64,000 nucleotides of DNA from Octopus vulgaris (GCA_951406725.2 OX597832.1:36208001-36272000); one strand, 5' to 3'. Shown: positions 1 to 12,931, counted from the first letter of the stretch. The notes: generated from the sequence alone by a model not told the origin. Numbers and translations are program-made.

Positions 1-830
1 TACACATACACAAAAAACCGTTTATATTCATGGATAATGTTAGGAGACAGTTACTAACAAAATAAAAACAGACTTTATACTAACATTTTGTAAAACCTGC
101 AGTCTTTACATTTATTTATTTAGTTTATTTAAGCCGGTCCAGTGACCTGACCCCGTACAGCCACGCTATTATATACGCGTATGTATATCTATCTATCTAT
201 TTATCTATAAGTGAAAATTATTAAATACACAACTATGAAGCACAGATAGCTAACAAAATAAAAACAGACTTTATACTAACATTTTGTAAAACCTGCAGTC
301 TTTACATTTATTTATTTAGTTTATTTAAGCCGGTCCAGTGACCTGACCCCGTACAGCCACTTCTGTGTGTGTGTGTGTATTTAACCAGGGAAATTGTGGG
401 TGCGCGCATACAGTTAATTAAAACGTCGTCTGACGAACTGTTTGCCATCTCTCCGTAATTCTTTCTTTCACTTCACTCGCATCTCTTCGATCAAATGAGA
501 ATAGTAGGAATGTTACATACTCATAGTTTTCAGACAATCGCTACATAGTCGCTCGCTAAAAATACCAGCTAAATATCCATCATCTCACGTTACCGCCTTA
601 AAATGGAAGGACATTAGGTTCGGAGAAAAAGTACAGGGTAGTTTCTGTTGGGAAATTTTTGATCATAGAACTGCTTGAGAAAAATAGCAGTCAAATCTTC
701 CATAAATCGCACCGACTATTCTTTATAAAAAAGGTAAAGACTTGTGGTCTCTAATATAAAAGACGAGATGGTCACGCAAGGAACATCTTTAGTAATCAGC
801 GCTGACCTGGGTTCGTCGACCATATTAAGT
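1..830. promoter_or_regulatory. CpG-retaining region, probable unmethylated promoter-proximal DNA
   Basis: About 29 CpGs counted by eye in 1-820, versus about 2 in the equally long 4741-5560. Even repeat copies here keep their CpGs. Confidence 0.5.
54..360 (+). repeat. Identical 111 bp direct repeat (54-164 and 250-360)
   Basis: ctaacaaaataaaaacagac...ccccgtacagccac occurs twice with a 196 bp offset. Confidence 0.95.
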
Positions 831-904
831 TTTGTTTATCTTTAAGACTAGTGGAATTGGTTGAGTGACAGGAAGTTATCCATACATCATTCTCTAATGC
901 ATCT

Positions 905-1950
905 CCTCATCCACAGAGTCACCTTGAGGCGCAACCTCTGCTTTCTCCACAGCCAATGTGAAGGCCTTCCACCTTCTGGCCCCTATGCTGCCCAGCATGT
1001 AAACTCTGCAGAGGAACTGGCCTGCAGACTTTCTTATCCCACCTCACTAGGATCGCACTTTGCTTTGACATGGCACCACTAGGTCAGCATGTTTCCTTTC
1101 TCCTCCTCTCATTTGCATCTTCAGTGAGGTCCTCCCTGGGAATGGAGTATTCTAACAAAACCATGTGCTTGAATGCTCCTGAGAGCAGCACCATATCTGG
1201 TTTAGCGACAGTTTCTGAGAATTTCAGATGCTTCCCAGGTTAACTTTCAGCCCTCAGCCTTATGTTTTTGCTTGTAGGCCCAGCAAGATGGACCTTGTTG
1301 ATAACATCTTCACACCAGCCTTGACAAAGGTGACAATCTTCATTGTGCAAAGATGCTTGCAGTCGTTAATCCCTCTTCAGACACTTTCTGCTATGACCTT
1401 GAAGACCTGGTCATGCTTCCAGTGGTAGCATCCTTCTCTTTGAGCTTTTGGTCAGCTACTGAAGATGTGCTCCAGGATTCCTCTCCTCAGGCACAGGAGA
1501 AAAGCTGGTGACTCCTACTTTCTCCACCAGTACTAGTTGGAAGGGTTTGGCAGGACATCATGAACTACCTGAATTAGGAATTTTATCTGGTGGGGCTCTA
1601 TTTTCCAAAGGTCAGGTCATGAGACTTTGTGTGCCACTTTTTGGTCCTATCTTAGCTAGGTTCCCTGGTGCCTCATCCCAATTACACTTGTTGGCTTGTT
1701 GTGCCTCGACTGATGCTTGCCCTTTCATACTGGATCAGTAGCTTCCTTTCCTTTCACCTTGTCAAAGTATAATGCTTGCAAGTGCTCTGTGTTCTAGCCA
1801 TGACTTTGCAGCCTTAACAACCTCCACTTTCATCCTCTTCTGACCTTAATAATAGCCTTTAGAAACTTTAGAATTGACCTCTCCTCTATTGGTCACTACA
1901 AATTCTTCTCTTAGGCTGTTGAGAGGGAGCTTCAACTTGTTCGTTCCTTA
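905..1950 (-). mobile_element. Decayed 3' portion of a non-LTR retrotransposon with a restriction-like endonuclease (HERO-like)
   Basis: Minus-strand fragments KLKLPLNSLREEFVVT, the zinc-knuckle-like CLRRGILEHIFSS..YHWKHDQVFKVIAE and PDMVLLS..MVLLEYSIPRED follow the post-RT, CCHC, PD-(D/E)xK order. Many stops and frameshifts. Confidence 0.75.
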
Positions 1951-2043
1951 CACTTCATGTCAAACGTGTCCTGCTTCCACGAACCCACCTCTAACACATT
2001 TTACAATGAGAAACAACAACCTGGCCTCGTTCTATATCGTTAA

Positions 2044-2256
2044 CCCTTTAGTATTCAGATTACTCGGTTTAATGTAATGCATATTTATTCATATTGTTTG
2101 AAATTATTAATGCATCATCTTATAACTTTGACGATATGATTGTTTATTTTTAGAATGGCATTGGTAGGGTAGGTGTGAGACACTAGATCTAGCAAGTGTG
2201 AACATAGAACAAGTAGACTATTTTGGCCAGATACAGCCGGTTTAAATACTAAAGGG
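2044..2256. mobile_element. piggyBac-type MITE (213 bp)
   Basis: TTAA on both sides (2040-2043 and 2257-2260). Terminal inverted repeats CCCTTTAGTATT / AATACTAAAGGG. Confidence 0.85.
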
Positions 2257-2539
2257 TTAAGACAGTATTGCACTACACTTTCCCTTTGCATCAACAAAAT
2301 TCACAACTGAAACTCTCTACATTACAGCAGGGACATAAATAGGAGTTATGTATGATGTTTTTTATCTTGTTTTGTTGGTGGTGGCCCATTTGGAAGTTGA
2401 GACATTAGTTGGAGCTCAGCTTGCAGGACCATTCTCTATCTTAGCCTTACCATTAGAAAGCTGCCAAAATGTTTCTTCAGTAACTCTATAGGTTATAGTG
2501 TATCTGTTGACAGTCCAGTGGACTGGACCATTAGACAGG

Positions 2540-2653
2540 AAAATATATATTAGCAACAGAGACGATTTTAATATCAAGAGGGACGTCTGCATTTAAGTGG
2601 GATAAATATTACCTCTTGGTATTCGTACTGCCTCTGTTGCTAATATATATTTT
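2540..2653. repeat. Hairpin-forming inverted repeat
   Basis: Perfect 22 bp outer stem (2540-2561 with 2632-2653), 8x8 internal loop, 12 bp inner stem with one G-U pair, 30 nt loop. Confidence 0.9.
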
Positions 2654-3195
2654 GTGCCTTGTAACAGAGGAGAACAAACTAACTGACTAATCGCAACACC
2701 ACCACCTGTTCTGGCACTGTCAGTCTGTATATCTCTGGGGATAAAAGAAATGAAATGTTTGTTTCAATGACAGAACAGCTGGTTGTGCAACATGAACTGT
2801 TGGCTGTTCCACTGAGACATTGCCAACTTATTGTCTTAAATAGATTCAGATTTCCTCTCTTAAGAACAGAGAGAAATATTGGAGTTCTGTGATAGCACTG
2901 TCTAATAAATTTATCTTTCTTGATAGTTGTGACCTAATGTCATCAACAGAAGTTGTTATATTTGCACTACCTTCATAAATAAAGTTTATTGTTTCATCTA
3001 GAAATCTATATTTAGTTACAATCTGGGAATTCATGCATCTACACAAATCCCACCACTGTTAACTTTGCTTTTTTTTTTATATCTTTCTTGGGTCAATAAA
3101 ACAATTAACAGTCAATTAATTACTACAATCAATTTAATCAATTATACCCCACCTGTCAAATTTTTTGTCCATGTGCTTATGTTAAAAATAATTAA

Positions 3196-3405
3196 TTACT
3201 CTTTTACTCTTTTCGGTCATTTGACTGCGGCCATGCTGGAGCACCGCATTTAGTCGAGCAAATCGACCCCGGGACTTATTCTTTGTAAGCCCAGTACTTA
3301 CTCTATCGGTCTCTTTTGCCGAACCGCTAAGTGACGGGGACGTAAACACACCAGCATCGGTTGTCAAGCGATGCTAGGGGGACAAACACAGACACACAAA
3401 CATAT

Positions 3406-3436
<31 letters not shown>

Positions 3437-3608
3437 CATATATACGACAGGCTTCTTTCAGTTTCCGTCTACCAAATCCACTCACAAGGCATTGGTCAGC
3501 CTGGGGCTATAGCAGAAGACACTTGCCCAAGATGCCATGTAGTGGGATTGAATCCAGAACCATGTGGTTGGTTAGCAAGCTACTTACCGCACAGCCACTC
3601 CTGCGCCT
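3196..3608 (-). mobile_element. Near full-length tRNA-derived SINE, family A (abundant octopus-type SINE)
   Basis: Head ggcgcaggagtggctgtgcggtaag with a B-box-like ggttctggattcaatccc, a CORE-like cttgggcaagtgtc, an internal TA/TG microsatellite and an (aaaagagt)n tail. Many other copies occur in the window. Confidence 0.9.
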
Positions 3609-6600
3609 AAATTGTGGATTTTCTGTTTAATTTATTCTCAAAAATGTTTCATTTTGCATTTCCTTGATCTTCTCAATAATTTCATTGGAGAATTTGAAAA
3701 TTATTTCATGAGTTTCTGCATCAAATGAATCCTGTGGACTTTCTGATATTGCTTTCTAGGTTGTGTGGGAATTTAGTGATGAGGTGTTCAAAATGAGATT
3801 CCCAATATTGAAGTAGCTCAGCAGTGTTTGTACCTGGTTTGCCATCTTTATATTTCTTTTTCACCAAATGCTTTTCTCCTCTTTACCTTAAAAAGACTGG
3901 GACATTATTTTGGGACTTAGTTTCACTAGTCTTGTTTTGTCTGACAGGGTTTTTTTGTTTTTGTTTTTTTAGCTGCTTCATTCAGTTTATTGTTTCTTTG
4001 AAAGACATAAACTTTATGCCATCCGGCCCAAGCTGCAGCAGAAGTGTGAAAGCACCTCCTAACTGTATTTCAAACATCTGAGCCAAGTCTTTGTCAGCTT
4101 TTATATTTATGCCATATTGTTTTTTTTTTTTGATAAAAATACCTTAAAGAGACATACATTTGTTGTACGTTTAATTCTTGGCAATTTTCAGAGGCCTTTA
4201 GATGGAAAAATATACACGATACGCTTGATTTGATAAGATATTTGGACTCTACAGAAAAAGTTAGCCCCAGACACACGATTTCAAAGTTATTAGAGGATAA
4301 ATGGTTGTCTCAAGTTGGTCTGAGAGGCTCGTTTGGGAAAAAAATGTATAATTAATTAATATTTTAAAGGCCTACAATTTCAAAGCTATACTTGCTATTT
4401 TCCCATCGTATAGGCACAGGAGCTAGTATGAAATTTTTCAGAGGGATCTGAGGGAGTGACCCAGGACCCACTGGGTGATCTGACATTGAATGACCCTATA
4501 AACATTCACCATATAATGACTATAGAAAATAGTCTAATATTGGTGCATATAAGACCTTAACAGTAAAAATGGATATTACCCATTTTTTTCTGTCAGCCGC
4601 TTATCTACCCCAATATTAGACTTTTTTCTGTAGCCAATATATTGTAAATGCTTCTAAGCTTAAACCTTATAATCATTATTTACAGAATTTTCACTCGTCA
4701 TTGTTTCTTAATTTAACACAGAATAAGTCTTATGTATCATCATCATCATCACTTTAATTCCATGTTTGCATGGAGAAGAATTTTCTCCAGCTGGATGCCT
4801 TTCCTGATACTAACCCTCGCCCATTTTCTAGCAAGGTAATCTCACAGTCTATCGAACAAAGAACAACCCAGACATGGTTATGCAGAGAACTAAAAGCTAA
4901 CAATACTTTGTATAAATGGGGAGCCCTTTGTTTACAGGGATCACATAACCCTTCCATGGTGGACTGCAAAGAAGGGACACTGTCTGTGTGAATAGGGAGA
5001 CTTTGGTTTACAATCAGTGAACAACTGTAAAAACAAGGGAAGTGCAAACTCACACATACTGACATGTTTCTGTGTGCCATTTTCATTTGTAGGACATTGC
5101 TCAAGCCATGGCATTAGTGGAGGACACCAGCTGACAACCTCTATGCAGTGGGAATGAATCCCCTAACTGCATGGGTCCAAAATGTGTGGTGTCTGTGTCT
5201 GTCTGTACATATACAAACACACATATTTGCACAGATGCACATACTCACACATGTGTGCATGCATATACACACACACACACATGTTGAACCTCTTCCCAAA
5301 AGCTGGGTTTTATTTTCAGAGATAGAAGGCACTTCAGGTGTAAAACTTAATCATACTTATTTCCACATCACCCTGTGCTATGCAACTAATCCATTTGGAT
5401 CCATTTGCAAGATAAACACCACCTGGCTTAAATAGGTAAGCCTTCACTCACCAACCTACTACCTCATTATCCTTCTATCTTTTCTACTGCTTCAGTAATA
5501 GTTGCTACAACCCTTCTGAATTAACTTGTGTAGTTCCCTGCATTGGCCCAGTTGAACCCCATCTATTTCTTAATACCTCTACAATGTCCTACACCCCAGA
5601 TTCCATATTTAACCAACTGAATGATATGATAATGTTTACATAGATTTTTTTTTTTCTTTCTTTTGCTCCTAAAGGGGTAAGAACAGTGCTTATTAGTCCT
5701 TATCATTACCTTTATGTGAGAACACAGAGGTAACTAGGGGCAACTATATTGAGATTAATATCCATATCTCCCGGGACTCAATAAAATATCTACAATGGAA
5801 TATAAACCTGTGATTCAGCATTCAGACATGTTGTACCCTTTCAAATATGTATAAGATATCTAATAATAGAGTAATTAAGAAAATACTGTCTGAGTTTTGT
5901 CAATATCTTCATGACTTCGTAAATCTTTTAATAAAACTTTTTTTCCTGGTTACTGTCCCATGTATAAATTTTACATAACTTCCTTCACCTTTGTCTCCCA
6001 ACTTCTTTTGGCTGAAGTTTGTACTTTTAACATAACTCTTCTTACCATCCTGAATATTTTAAATAGAAAAGGAACAAGTGTGAACAGACTATGCCAATAT
6101 CTATATACTTATAATAGTGAAGTTCAATCTTACTTGCTTGCTTGCAATTTTACACAGCCAAACTGGCGCATAATGGGGAAATTCTATGAATTAAGTTGCC
6201 CCTGAAATGTCAATACAAACGAAAACAAGTATCACATAAATTGGACTAGTAGTTATTGAGATATTTGGGGTGGGGGGGGGTATAAATACCCAAAACGGTG
6301 CATAATGCGAAAATATTCTGAATATAACTTCATCCTGAAAGGGAAGAAATTCTAACCTTTTCATTAGACACTTGACAACAAAAAGATACAATTTGTCAGT
6401 GTTTGTTGTCATTGTCAGTGTTTGTTCAAGTCACTTCTAATGAATGTCTTGCTATTGTCAGTGGTAGTTTGGAGTCCATTGTCGGTGATGGTGTAGGGAT
6501 AAGTATTTTTCTGCTACTGCAGTTAATTCATCAGAGTTACCACAAAAGAAACTATTCTACTAATGGAAACTTCTGACATTCATTCATTTTCTATATATAT

Positions 6601-8139
6601 ATAATATTGAGTGGGTGGAGTGACAGTGTTGTGAAAAGTGGTTGCATCAGAAGTCTGTTCTACAGTATGGGTAGGACAGAAATCTAGCAAAGTGTGAGTG
6701 CAGCAGAGAAACTAGTTTCTCATATTAATAGCGCTGTCACATTTCACTGATGGCTAGTGATAAATGTTTATTCCACTCTAAGGCCTGCCCCCTCCTAGCA
6801 CAGAGTGGCATAAAATCAGAATTTATATTTTATGCCAGAATCTGAAGACATTGCAAATGCGAGGTTATATGGTCATTCAGAGAATTCATAAAACATTGAG
6901 AAAATGTCTTCTGTCGTAAACTGTTTTTAGAAAACATCCCTGATGTATTATGCGTTTGTGTTTGTGTGTGTTAGACAGAGAACAAACAGTAGGTGTTTTG
7001 GTGATGCTGTACATCTCTGGAAAGAAAATACAGTTGATGCAAGGAAGTTGTGAAAAATCTAATATTCACCATTTCAAATATCTTGGATACACTTATCTTA
7101 GAGTTGGGTCCTTATCATCATCATCATCATCATCATTTAACAACCATGTTGGCATGGGTTGGATGGTTTGACAGGAGCTGGCAAACCAGAGGACAGCACC
7201 AAGCTCCACTGTCTGTTTTGGCATGGCTGGATGCCCTTCCTAATGCCAGTCACTTTAGAGAGTGGACTGAGTGCTTTTCACTCGGCACTAGCACTGTTTA
7301 GGCATGGTTTTTATGGCTGGACGTCCTTCCTAATACCGATCACCTTACAGAGTGAGTTAATGCATTCGGAATTTAGAATCCACATCTAGAATGTTAGGTT
7401 CCATGGAGTAACTACAGTTCTTAGAGCATGAAAAATAAGAAATTACCTTTTTATTCTATATCAAGTTTTTGTCAACATAATATGGCTACAATACACTTGT
7501 CATCAACACCAGGTCAACCCTGAACCAGCGAACTGATATAGTCAGAGGTATTTCAGCCATAACCAGCCTATCTTTTAGCCTGGTGCAGCCTTCTGGCTCG
7601 CCAGTCCTCAGTCAAGCCATCCAACCTGTGCCAACATGAAAAGTGGACGTTAAACGGCGACGATGATAACGATATGTATCTAGAATTGCATTATCTTATT
7701 TGTCCTTTTTTGAAGATCATAAAATGTGATTTATGGTAGATTTTACTATGAATTTTTGTAGGGTTGAGCGATGACATAGGGATTCTGTCATAGCTTGTAA
7801 TACATTTTGTTGGTAGTATTGATGTACGTATGCGTGCCTACAAAGCCTCAGGTTTACCCACACCTTGTGACTGAAATTAGATTGACAGAAACTGTATAGA
7901 AGCTTGTTAGCTGAAGTAATTCAAAGGTTTGGTCTAGTTGCACACTGCCATGATGATTTCACCTTAGAATTGTTCCATTGTTACAATGTCCAGCTGTTGG
8001 ATAGACATTTCCAATATGTCTGTGTTGTAATTGTGTTGTTGCTGCTGTTGTGAATGCAGTTTGTCATGAAATCATATTTTCTGAAGGAATATTTTTAAAC
8101 AGAGCATATTTCTATTTTGGGATTCCTTCTTTCACATTC

Positions 8140-8331
8140 ACACACACATACATACAAACACACACACACATACAGATCTCTTTCTCTTCTCTCTGTCATG
8201 GCCACACACTCTCTCTCTCTATCTCTCTCTCCTTCTCTCTCTCTATATATATATATGTGTGTGTGTGTGTATATGCATACATATCTATATCTATATCTAT
8301 ATATATATATGTATATATATATATATGTATG

Positions 8332-8372
<41 letters not shown>

Positions 8373-8381
8373 ACATATGTA

Positions 8382-8429
<48 letters not shown>

Positions 8430-8540
8430 GATATATATATATATATACATACCAATGCAGACATATTCTCATACTCCTCTGCATAGTCATAGAAATACTT
8501 ACATCAAGATACAGAAAAACAAACAAACACATGCACCACA

Positions 8541-8575
<35 letters not shown>

Positions 8576-8580
8576 CCTCT
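8140..8580. repeat. Compound CA/CT/TA microsatellite field
   Basis: Read directly. Similar fields at 18140-18340, 23185-23600, 34617-34662, 39278-39520, 43355-43470, 60308-60485 and 62742-63032. Confidence 0.95.
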
Positions 8581-11484
8581 GATCAGTTTATGCATGATTG
8601 GTCTGCAACAGTAATGGCAGTTGCCAGATTTAGCCACTAATGCCAAACATTCACCAAATATAGTGATGGCATCCTCATCGATTTGTCTCTAACTGTTATT
8701 CTGTTATTCCAGTACTTTTCTAATAATCATTCTTTTACTGATCTTTGCTCCATTATTCTACAAATATTGAAGATCTTTCATTTGTTTTGAAGGATTCCTA
8801 TTCTGAAGAATTCGCCTTCCTTTCTCTTCCATATTCAGTTAATTTGATCTATTATATTATTGTTGTTTAGGCAGCGAACTGGCAGAATTGTTAGAGCATC
8901 AGAAAAAAATGCTTTGCAGTATTTTTCCACCTCTTTACATTCTGAGTTCAATTCCTGCCAAGGTCACTTTGCATTTGTATTTTTGGAGTTGATATAGTAA
9001 TGTACCAGTCTAAGTACTGTGGTTCATGGTATCAACATGTAATTTGTTTTTTGTAATTTTCTATGTATTTTTTTTATTTAATTACTGGTCTTGTGCCTTA
9101 ATCTAATATTATTATTTTACAATTCATGTAATCTTTTTGTTGTAATTTTTTATGTAATTTTCTTTTGTAATTTTCTTTTGTAATTTTCTTTTTGTAATTA
9201 CTGGCCTTGTGCTTTAATCAGATATTATTATTTTACAATTCTATATTTCTGAGATGAGGAATTTTATATATTATGTTAAAGTGGTGTCCTCATCTTGGTT
9301 GTTGTTTTCACTAAACTTAAGCTGTGTATGTTCCAGGTTTTTGAAGTGTCTTGTGATTCACCTTTAATGCCTTGTTTGAGATTGAACTCAAAACCTCCAA
9401 TGACTACACTACATTAACCAGTGCCTTCATCCACTACGCTATGCCCATAGGAAATGTTAGAGTAAATCTTTTTAAGGTTTATAGACTTCCACTGATGTCT
9501 TACGTTGGCTCTGTACTGGTTGGATAATATAATTCTGAGATGAGGAATTATTTGATATTATGTATTAGAGTTATTGCTTTCACTACATCTCGGTTGTGTA
9601 CATTCAGGCCTTCCACAGGTGTCTTGTGATTCACCTTAGTGCCTTGCCTTGGATTGAATTCAGAACTTTGCTTTTCAGCCATCCATAGTCTATGAAATAA
9701 TTACAGTTAAACACTGGAGATTATTTAATGAACTTTCTATTACTCTTTGTACATACATTAGAAATTATTATTTAATAATGCTATTATCAACTATTAGTTG
9801 ATAATGCTTGAGAGGGATTTCAGAATAATTGTGTATTTTCACTTTATTTGTTTCATTATACAGCTTACATACATACTTACATAAATACTTATATACATTA
9901 TATACACACACACACATTATCTAGCTTATACTGTGGTCATGTCTTGAATCTGTGTTTGTTCCCTTGACAATTGAATCTGGTATGTTTACATCCCCATAAC
10001 TTTGTGGTTTAGCAAAAGAGACTGAAAAATTAAGTACCAGGCTTAAAAAATAGAGTACCTTAGTTGATTCATTTGACTAAAAATTGTTCAAGGCAGTGTC
10101 CCAGCTTGGCCGCAGCCTAATGACTGAAACAAGTAAAGGATAAAAGATACCAAAAGTGCCAAGAGGTAGAGAGATTATTGTGTTGGGGTGGGGTGCCTGA
10201 TTGATGGACCTGTGAGACCAACCAGCCCCAAGGAATGGAAGCTGTTATGTTAGAAGTAGAAAAGCTAGAGAGGGGAGTCAGCAGACCTGTGGCCCAGAGT
10301 CTGAAGTGTGTCTGTTAGAGATAGAGTGATAACCAACCAAGTGACCCTTCCCTTCCTTCGATGCAATTCAGAATGACTATTGACATTATTGCAACAATAT
10401 CGTCCTGTATGTAAGAGTATGTTTGTTATTTCAGTAGTGTATGAATCCTTGCTATGATCTAGACGACGATCACATTTTCTCGGAAATATAATGACCATAA
10501 AATTTTATTGAATTGAATTGAAATCACTATGTACTGTTTGAATTAACTACCATATTGACACTGGCTTCTGAAATATTTCTTGCCAAATAATTTTATTATC
10601 ATGAATATTGCTTGCTTGACTGCTGTGTCAGTATAACGTTGGTGCCATCAATGAAATTATTATTCCCCTCGTTAGCTGTTGTATTCTTGCTTATATCCAG
10701 TCTTGCAAGAGTGTCTGGAATACATGGCTTCATTTTCCATGTTTCTCTATTGTTCCTTTGTCCAAATTCTTCACTGGTGAAACCATAAACTGTTCACTGA
10801 TTTCATCAATAATAGGGAGGGAAACCTAAAATTATCATTTTCTACTTCTGTGAATGGGTTGGATATAAAACCTTTCTTTCTAATCAGCATTTGAAGTCAA
10901 GTTTCACTGCCAGTTTGCTATGTAACCATATTAGTTGAAACAAGTAAAGAATTTAGAAAGCATTTACTATTAGGAAACTGAAGATTGCAGTTATGGTGTG
11001 GGTTTATCATCGATATTTTCATTGTATTCCTTAATCATTAAATTACTGAGCCACAAGGATTGGTTAACTGTGTGTGTGTGTGTAATAGGTACACTTCTGG
11101 CAAATGGTCAAGAAGTTTACTTCACAGGGTCCCACAAAACTGTGAAGTGTTGACAGAGACTGATTTAACAGTGGTGACGGTAGGTGTAGGTTGACTGTGT
11201 TGGTGGTAGTAGTCATGGTGTTTGTGGTGGTGATTGAAATAACAGATTCAAATTTTGACACAAGGCAGCAATTTCGGCGAGGGGGGGTGAGTCAATTACA
11301 TCAACCCCAGTGTTCAACTAGTACTTATTTTATTGACCCCACCCCCCGCAAAAAGGAGGAAAGCAAAGTCAACCTTAGTAGAATCTGAACTCAGAATGTT
11401 AAGTCGGAGAAATGCCACTAAACCTTTTTTCCGGAACAGTAGTGATTCTACCAGCTTGCCGCCTTTATGGTGGCGGCTGAAATA

Positions 11485-11605
11485 ATAGGTATGGGATAGG
11501 TATGGGATAGGTATGGGATAGGTATGGGATAGGTATGGGATAGGTATGGGATAGGTATGGGATAGGTATGGGATAGGTATGGGATAGGTATGGGATAGGT
11601 ATGGG
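11485..11605 (+). repeat. Perfect minisatellite (ATAGGTATGGG)x11
   Basis: Eleven identical 11 bp units, 121 bp in total. Confidence 0.97.
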
Positions 11606-12209
11606 GTTGCCCATAATGCTAATAGAAATGGTGCTGACAGCAGCTGCAACTTTGGTGCTGACAGTGGTTTTAAAACTAGTACAAAGTAACATCAAAATAA
11701 TTGCTCAGTCTATTTGCATTTGTCTAACAATTGCTGCTGCTGCTGCAAGATGATGCATTTGAAGGGAACCTGCTGCAGTGGACAGCTTCCTGTATTTCTG
11801 TTGTAGGTAATGAAGGGTAAGTGTGTGGGGGAATCGGTACAGTAATCAATGTAGAACCTGGGGCACAAGTACTGGAAGTGCAGAGAGATAGCAACAATTT
11901 TACCCCGAGGGAGAGAAATGCAGAGGAAATATGGAATTATTTTTGAAAATTTGAGATGAGACCTAGTTTTGATTAGATGTCGGTTTTGATAGAACTAGTT
12001 CATTTGGTTCGTTAAGATATCACCACCAGCATCACCATGTTCCAACACTGGCAGCTGCATCACTATCATCATCTCGGTTATAATTGATATCACTTCAACA
12101 TCCATTGCTACCACCATGGTTACTCTCACTCCTCCTACTGTCACTATCGTAATTGTCATTATCACCACCACCACCACCACCATCATCATCATCTATCTTG
12201 TAAGCCTCT

Positions 12210-12395
12210 GTGTAGCCTCTTAATCTGCTAGCAATGGCACTTGAATCTTGCTCGAATCACACCCTACCATCATATTGAAAGGAAGGACGCATTAGATAAT
12301 ACCGTTACACATAGCTCTAAAAAGACAGGATGGAATGCTTTCCATTGTCATTCTGTTCAACCAGAGATGACCTTTGCTTCAACAACAACAACACT
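12210..12395 (+). repeat. Dispersed repeat family D with a (CAA)n tail (SINE-like)
   Basis: Shared motif ctgcta..a.tagc..ccaaatct.cctcaaatcacacc. Related copies at ~520-815, 7500-7790(-), 12510-12640(-), 17150-17270, 20630-20995, 21630-21840(-) and 57330-57400. Confidence 0.65.
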
Positions 12396-12714
12396 ACATC
12401 CTGCTCCTTCTCATTTTCTGGGTTTTTTTTACATTGTCTTTGCTTGGCACGTTTCATCATTCTCTTTCTCATCATCATCATCATTATCATCTCTACATAT
12501 AGTTAATGTTTAACCCTAGGTCATATCTCACCCAGCCATGACCATTTTGGTTTTCTATTCTGTCCAATGTTTCTTTCCTATGACAGTAAGTTGTGATATT
12601 TGATAGGGATTTAACTGCTATTTTTTGTAAGTTGACTGAAGTTGAGTAAGCATAATCGAGGCTTCAGAAAGCTAAGTTAGGTGTCTTGGTATTGTTGGGG
12701 TGTGGTATATATTG

Positions 12715-12931
12715 GTTTCAAATTTTGGCACAAGGCCAGCAAGTTCAAGGAAGAGTATAAGTCAATTATATCAGCCCCAGTTGTTGACTGGTACTTATTT
12801 TATTGACCCCCAAAAGGATGAAAGACAAAGTTGACCTAGGCAGGATTTCAACTCAGAACACGAAGATGGACAAAATGCTGCTAAGCACCTTACCCAGCAT
12901 TGCTAATAATTCTGCTGGCTTGCAGCTTTGA
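12715..12931 (-). mobile_element. SINE family B with a perfect 15 bp target-site duplication
   Basis: gtgtggtatatattg at 12700-12714 and 12932-12946. The body matches other family B copies at ~8868-9035(+), 11245-11465(-), 33300-33490(+), 36900-37105(+), 38140-38260(+) and 46205-46376(-). Confidence 0.9.

Noticed and set aside
3530-3608. tRNA-like sequence with A/B boxes
   Set aside because: It is the head of a SINE, continuous with the SINE body, and forms no complete cloverleaf. The same holds for the other SINE heads.
8050-8646. Long overlapping ORFs rich in YI/HT/VC
   Set aside because: These are translations of dinucleotide microsatellites. The same applies at 18.1, 23.3, 39.2, 43.3, 60.3 and 62.7 kb.
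11314-11695. ORFs with YLSHTYPIPIP repeats
   Set aside because: Translation of the 11 bp minisatellite.
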